A stretch of DNA of 64,000 nucleotides, taken from contig CAXXTB010000001.1 of NCBI GenBank assembly GCA_963676795.2, positions 256,001 to 320,000 on the forward strand, given 5' to 3'. The notes under the pieces were generated by a model. That model saw only the letters and a program-made list of their open reading frames with translations, had not been told where the DNA came from and made no database searches. Position numbers and translations under genes: made by a program. The DNA is from Geopsychrobacteraceae bacterium. GTDB lineage: Bacteria > Desulfobacterota > Desulfuromonadia > Desulfuromonadales > Geopsychrobacteraceae. This document shows, in pieces, positions 58,763-64,000 of this stretch; the first letter of the stretch is position 1, and every line of letters begins with the position of its first letter.

Positions 58763-59539
58763 TTAACCGAAACGTCCGGTGATGTAATCTTCGGTCTGCT
58801 TGTTCTTCGGCTTGACGAACAGCTCATTGGTCTGGCCGTATTCGATCAGGTTCCCCTCGAAAAGGAACGCCGTATAATCGGAGACCCGGGCCGCCTGCTG
58901 CATATTGTGGGTGACGATGATGATGGTAAATTCGTCACGCAGCTCACCGATCAGCTCTTCGACACGGGCTGTCGACTTGGGATCAAGAGCCGAGCAGGGC
59001 TCGTCCATCAGGATGACCCGCGGATTGACCGCAATGGCGCGGGCGATACAGAGTCGCTGCATCTGACCACCGGAGAGCCCCAGAGCACTCTGATGCAGGC
59101 GATCCTTGACCTCATCCCAGAGGGCCGCCCCTTTGAGACTGGTCTCAACCCGCTCGTCGAGCAGTTTCTTGTCCTTTTCGCCGGCGATGCGCAGGCCGTA
59201 GATGACGTTTTCATAGATCGATTTCGGAAACGGGTTCGACTTCTGGAAGACCATACCGACCCGGCGGCGCAGTTCGATGATATCGGTATTGCGCTCGTAG
59301 ATATTCTGGCCGTCGAGCAGAACCTCACCTTCCACGCGGGAGCCATCGATCAGATCGTTCATCCGGTTGAAACAGCGCAGCAGGGTACTCTTGCCGCAGC
59401 CGGACGGTCCGATCAGCGCGGTAACCTGCTTCTCCGGAAAAGCGATGTCGACGCCATGGATGGCCCGGGCATCACCCGGATAGAAAAAGCGCAGATCGTT
59501 AACCTTGATAATTGGGTTTTCAATATTCACATCAGTCAT
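58763..59539 (-). CDS. pstB: Phosphate ABC transporter ATPase
   Basis: [23 protein letters not shown]. Confidence 0.97.
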   Translation of the reverse strand: MTDVNIENPIIKVNDLRFFYPGDARAIHGVDIAFPEKQVTALIGPSGCGKSTLLRCFNRMNDLIDGSRVEGEVLLDGQNIYERNTDIIELRRRVGMVFQKSNPFPKSIYENVIYGLRIAGEKDKKLLDERVETSLKGAALWDEVKDRLHQSALGLSGGQMQRLCIARAIAVNPRVILMDEPCSALDPKSTARVEELIGELRDEFTIIIVTHNMQQAARVSDYTAFLFEGNLIEYGQTNELFVKPKNKQTEDYITGRFG

Positions 59540-59552
59540 CGTCGTCCGACTC

Positions 59553-61160
59553 CTAGAAGGTACCAAAAGTATAGCGTTTTTTCATCTTGTTCCGCAGGCG
59601 GATAGCCACGCTACTCATAATCAGAACAATCAGAACCAGCAAAAATGTTGTGACAAAGACCATCGGCTTGGCCGCTTCAACGTTTGGCGACTGGAATCCG
59701 ATGTCGTAGATATGAAAACCAAGATGCATGAACTTGCGATCGAGGTGAAAAAATGGAAAGTTGCCATCGATCGGCAGAGCCGGAGCCAGCTTGACGACAC
59801 CGGTGATCATCAGCGGAGCAACCTCACCGGCAGCCCGCGCCATAGCCAGGATCAGGCCGGTCAGTATCCCCGGTGAGGCCATCGGCAACAGGATCTTGAC
59901 CAGGGTCTGGAACTTGGTCGCGCCCAGGGCGTAGGAACCTTCACGCATCTCGCGGGGAATCGCGCCAAGTGCCTCTTCCGTCGAAACGATAACCACCGGC
60001 ACGGTCAGCAGCGCCAGGGTCAGGCTGGCCCAGAGCAGGCCGCCGGTCCCGAAGGTCGGGGTCGGCAAGCGCTCCGGGAAAAAGAGCGTGTCGATGGCAT
60101 GCCCGATACCGTAGACGAAGAAACCGAGCCCGAAAATCCCGTAAACGATCGACGGAATACCGGCCAGGTTGTTGACGGCAATCCGCACGATCCGCACCAG
60201 CGGACCATCCTTGGCATATTCGCGCAGGTAGATCGCCGCGATGACCCCGAGCGGAAAGCTGAAGATACTCATGACGAAGATCAGCATAACGGTCCCGAAG
60301 ATGGCCGGGAAGAGTCCCCCTTCGGTATTCGATTCGCGCGGCTGACCGCTGACCAGTTCGACGATCTTGTGGCCGTAGAAAAACAGTTTCTCTCCCCTAG
60401 ACATCTGGTTCGGGGCGTAGGCCTGAACGATATCTGCCAGAACGATATCCTTCTGTTTGCCGTTGGCATCGGCGAACAGGACCTTGGCTTCACGGATCTT
60501 CTGGGTTCTGCTCGACTGAACAACGAGCAGTTCAGAAAACTCCTGCTGCATCGCAGAACGTTCCTGAAGTATCTCGGCCCGCCTGGAATCGCTCTCGGAC
60601 AATCCCTTGTAGGCATATTTGAGATCCTTGAGACGCAGCTGCTCCATCTCATAGGCCAGGTCTTTGAGCTTGTCATCCAATTCCGACAGACCATCGAGTT
60701 CATGGCTGACGATCTCGAGAGCTCTATTCAAACCGTCCAGGTCAGTCGCAAAGCTCTTCCCTTCGACCTTGTCGATGGACTGGATCGTCCCGTAAAAATC
60801 ACCGTATTCCTGGCGCTCCAGCGAGATAATTTCATCAGGATAAGAGACCGAGCTGATCTGAGACTCTTCGATCCAGCGGAAATCGAGTCCGTACAGATCG
60901 CGGTTGGCGATTTTGTACTGACGGCGCAGACCTGTCTCATGATGGTTGGTTTCAGTCTGAATCAGCTGACCATAGAGACGCTGACCATCCTTGAGCTCAA
61001 CAAGTTCAAGTTGAGAAGGCCAGAAGACTCCCAGGCCGTTGGTGATGATAACAATCAGCAGAACCACCGCACAGAGCAGGGTTATGGAAAGGGCCGCAGA
61101 GGACAGCCAGACCATAGGTTCGCCGATACTCCAGAATTTGGAGGGTGTTTTTTTACTCAT
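59553..61160 (-). CDS. pstA: Phosphate ABC permease PstA (long form)
   Basis: [34 protein letters not shown]. Confidence 0.95.
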   Translation of the reverse strand: MSKKTPSKFWSIGEPMVWLSSAALSITLLCAVVLLIVIITNGLGVFWPSQLELVELKDGQRLYGQLIQTETNHHETGLRRQYKIANRDLYGLDFRWIEESQISSVSYPDEIISLERQEYGDFYGTIQSIDKVEGKSFATDLDGLNRALEIVSHELDGLSELDDKLKDLAYEMEQLRLKDLKYAYKGLSESDSRRAEILQERSAMQQEFSELLVVQSSRTQKIREAKVLFADANGKQKDIVLADIVQAYAPNQMSRGEKLFFYGHKIVELVSGQPRESNTEGGLFPAIFGTVMLIFVMSIFSFPLGVIAAIYLREYAKDGPLVRIVRIAVNNLAGIPSIVYGIFGLGFFVYGIGHAIDTLFFPERLPTPTFGTGGLLWASLTLALLTVPVVIVSTEEALGAIPREMREGSYALGATKFQTLVKILLPMASPGILTGLILAMARAAGEVAPLMITGVVKLAPALPIDGNFPFFHLDRKFMHLGFHIYDIGFQSPNVEAAKPMVFVTTFLLVLIVLIMSSVAIRLRNKMKKRYTFGTF

Positions 61161-61173
61161 TCTTGCAGCCTCC

Positions 61174-63393
61174 CTAGAAGCGACCGTACTTGGCCCGCAG
61201 GCGCTGACGGACAATCTCGGCGACGGTGTTGACAATAAAGGTCATGACAAAGAGGATAACGGCCGACAGGAACAGCGTCCGGTAGAGTGAACCATCAACC
61301 GGCGCTTCCGGAATCTCGACGGCGATATTGGCCGACAGCGGCCTCATGCCGTTGAAGATGCTCAAGTCCATGATGGCGGTATTTCCTGTCGCCATCAGCA
61401 CGATCATCGTCTCACCGACGGCACGGCCGAAGCCGATCATGGTGCCGGCAAAGATCCCCGGACTGGCGGAAGGCAGGATAACCCGCCAGACCGTCTGCCA
61501 GCGGCTGGCCCCCAGGGCCAGAGACGCGGCTTTAAGGCTCGGCGGCACGTTGGACAGGGCATCTTCGGCAATGGTGAAGATAATCGGAATGACCGCGAAG
61601 CCCATGGCAAAGGCGATGATGATACAGTTACGCGGATCGTAACGGGTTCCCAGTTCACTGAACAGCCACTGCTTCAGGTCACCGCCGAACAGCCAGTTTT
61701 CCATCCCCATGCCCAGCCCCGCGGCAATGGCGACGGCCAGGATGATCACCGGTGTTACCGCGATAAATTCGTAGCCACGTTCAACCCGTTTCAGGCATTC
61801 GACCTGGCGGGCCGCCTGCCAGATGGCCAGAGCGATCATCAGGGCGCCCGGAATCAGGACCAGACTCAGGAATAACGAACCCAGCGAGGCCTCGATCAAC
61901 GGGGCCAGCCACAATGCGGCAAGGAAACCGATGATAACGGTTGGAACCGCCGCCATGACTTCAACCGCCGGCTTGATGATCCCTTTGAACTTCGGCCGGG
62001 CGAACTGACTGGTGTAGATTGCACCGAATATCGCCAGCGGCAGTGCGAACAGCATGGCATAAAAGGTCCCTTTCAGGGTGCCGAAAATCAGTGGCGTCAG
62101 ACTCAGCTTCGGCTCGTAATCATCGGAACCGGACGAGGACTGCCAGACATATTCCGGCTGCTGATAGCCTTCATACCAGACCTTGCCGAACAGGGTTTTC
62201 AGGCTGATTTCCGGGTGCGGCACATCAAGCGACCAGGTGATGAAGCTGCCGCTGTCGGTCATGGCCATGATGGCGTTGCTCCGGGTTGTCAACGCGACAT
62301 TGGTGATCTGTTCGCTGAAATCGAGATCCGCCAGGACCCGTTCACTGGTCATATGGCTCATCTTGATGCCGTCAGCGGCCAGACTGATCACCGACTTGTC
62401 GGTCATTGTGGTGATGATCTTCTCAACCGCCCCCTTATGGCGGTGCAGATCGTGAATATGGGTGAGAACCCAGCCTCTGTCCTCGTCACGGACCGGAAAC
62501 CAGGTTGTCAGGTAACCTTTGTCATCGCCAACAGCCACCGACACATCGCCGAACACCATGCGCAATGCGGTTATGGTCCGCTGATCACTGTAGGCTTGAG
62601 TCTTTTCGACCAGGACAGGATCTTCGATATCGCTCAGATCCCAGCGCAGCAGCTCTCCTCTGTCGGTTCCGGCAAACAGGCGCTCGCCGCGAGAGGTCAG
62701 GGTCATGGCTGTGATAGCACCAACGGCTCCGCTATCGAGGAAGGTCGTCTCTTCGACGATTTCCTTATCGCCCAGGAAGGATTCGTGTTCCTCGACAACC
62801 TGGAGACGAAGACGACCAGTGTCCATCAGATCGACACGCACTTTCCTGTCATCCGTTACGCGTGCAGTGGTCTTCACTGCTGTCCCGTTTTGCGGTGCTG
62901 CAAAGGTTGCAAGTTCGTTGATACTGTGACGGATGGTTCGCTTGTTATCGTCGTTTTCATCATAAAATGGAAAAAATCTGATCTGCTGAACCGTAACGGT
63001 CCCGTCGTTCCAGACCAGAACCTGGTTCTGACGCCCGTATGTTTCGACCTGTTTGAGTTGCAACGGACTATCGACAGGAACCAACCGCTGCTGATCCTGA
63101 GCAGTACCATCGCTCAGATTGAAAAACCGGACCAGGCCATCCTGTTCGACGACGTAGCCGGTTTCTTTGTATTCATCCGCTCCAAGACTGACGATCTTCT
63201 CTCCGGCCTCGTTACCGGCCTTCATCACATTGAGTAATTCGATATCGGAAGAGCCGAACAGCGGCAGGGATACCTTGGCGATCAGAATCAGGATGAAGAT
63301 AACGCAGATAATAATTGCCATACCGCCGACGGTAATAACCCATCTGGCAATTTTATCGTTGCGTTTGACCTTCTTCAGAAAGGCTGGATTCAT
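61174..63393 (-). CDS. pstC: Phosphate ABC permease PstC (long form with beta-propeller-like periplasmic region)
   Basis: EVMAAVPTV, GRAVGETM, EAPVDGSLYRTLF. Confidence 0.93.
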   Translation of the reverse strand: MNPAFLKKVKRNDKIARWVITVGGMAIIICVIFILILIAKVSLPLFGSSDIELLNVMKAGNEAGEKIVSLGADEYKETGYVVEQDGLVRFFNLSDGTAQDQQRLVPVDSPLQLKQVETYGRQNQVLVWNDGTVTVQQIRFFPFYDENDDNKRTIRHSINELATFAAPQNGTAVKTTARVTDDRKVRVDLMDTGRLRLQVVEEHESFLGDKEIVEETTFLDSGAVGAITAMTLTSRGERLFAGTDRGELLRWDLSDIEDPVLVEKTQAYSDQRTITALRMVFGDVSVAVGDDKGYLTTWFPVRDEDRGWVLTHIHDLHRHKGAVEKIITTMTDKSVISLAADGIKMSHMTSERVLADLDFSEQITNVALTTRSNAIMAMTDSGSFITWSLDVPHPEISLKTLFGKVWYEGYQQPEYVWQSSSGSDDYEPKLSLTPLIFGTLKGTFYAMLFALPLAIFGAIYTSQFARPKFKGIIKPAVEVMAAVPTVIIGFLAALWLAPLIEASLGSLFLSLVLIPGALMIALAIWQAARQVECLKRVERGYEFIAVTPVIILAVAIAAGLGMGMENWLFGGDLKQWLFSELGTRYDPRNCIIIAFAMGFAVIPIIFTIAEDALSNVPPSLKAASLALGASRWQTVWRVILPSASPGIFAGTMIGFGRAVGETMIVLMATGNTAIMDLSIFNGMRPLSANIAVEIPEAPVDGSLYRTLFLSAVILFVMTFIVNTVAEIVRQRLRAKYGRF

Positions 63394-63492
63394 AGATTTT
63401 CCCATACTCCAAGAGACACAAACGAGCCCTGACCCGTGAGGGGCAGGGCTCATTTGTTGTGTAGTGCTTTTTAAAGCGTCACCGGCAGCAGA

Positions 63493-64000
63493 TTAGTCGA
63501 GCAGAGCCAGCTGTTTTTTGGCGACTGCTGCAGGCAGCGGCAGGAAACCGTCCTTGACGACAACTTCCTGGCCTTCTTTGGACAGAACGTACTTGATGAA
63601 TTCCTTGACCAGAGCTGGCATCGGCTTGTTCGGCTCCTTGGCGACATAGACGTAGAGCATCCGGCCGAGTGGATAGTTGCCGCTCAGAACGTTGTCGTAG
63701 TTGGCGGCGTAAGCGGTCTCACCGTCCTTAGCGGACAGGGCCAGGGCTTTGACGCCGGAGGTGATGTAGCCCATGCCGGAATAACCGATGCCAGCCTTGT
63801 CTTCGGTGACACCGAGAACAACAGAGGCGTTACCTGGCTGCTCTTTGACGGTATCCTTGAAATCGCCTTTTTTCAGGCTGTGCTCCTTGAAGAAACCGTA
63901 GGTCCCGGACGCGGAGTTACGACCGTAAAGGCTCAGTGGCTTGTTGGACCACTCACCAGTCAGGCCGAGGTCACCCCAGACAACTGCATCACTGCCGCCG
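63493..64000 (-). CDS. pstS: Phosphate ABC substrate-binding protein (5' end outside window)
   Basis: YGRNSASGTYGFFKE, IGYSGMGY, YPLGRMLYVY. Confidence 0.93.
   Translation of the reverse strand, partial: GGSDAVVWGDLGLTGEWSNKPLSLYGRNSASGTYGFFKEHSLKKGDFKDTVKEQPGNASVVLGVTEDKAGIGYSGMGYITSGVKALALSAKDGETAYAANYDNVLSGNYPLGRMLYVYVAKEPNKPMPALVKEFIKYVLSKEGQEVVVKDGFLPLPAAVAKKQLALLD

Overview
GC-rich chromosomal window, probably from a Desulfuromonadales-type (Desulfobacterota) bacterium; this assignment is inferred from gene order and protein sequences. Housekeeping flanks are mfd-PPIase-surA-pdxA-uvrA-cls-tautomerase on the left and a Cpx-like two-component system, tol-pal, queC/folE2, PBP1A and pst/phoU on the right. 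They enclose an accessory region. At 10.9-22.8 kb there is an integron cassette array with an attI-like site and four attC sites but no integrase gene in the window. Three of the four attC sites are interrupted, at the same AT dinucleotide, by near-identical 1,656-bp IS110-family elements. The non-coding end downstream of the IS110 recombinase folds into two internal-loop hairpins. Their loop sequences match the attC target and the IS circle junction, which is the layout of a bridge/seek RNA. The putative guide mismatches the one attC that was not invaded. An IS1182 element sits in an attC GTT core and an IS3 element sits at a cassette start. Other points of interest: a four-gene cassette with two unannotated micro-ORFs, a HEPN-like cassette, a RAYT-like HUH transposase flanked by inverted repeats, a dispersed ~430-bp structured repeat with compensatory changes (3 copies), and an unannotated small membrane ORF with an in-frame UGA followed by a SECIS-like hairpin.
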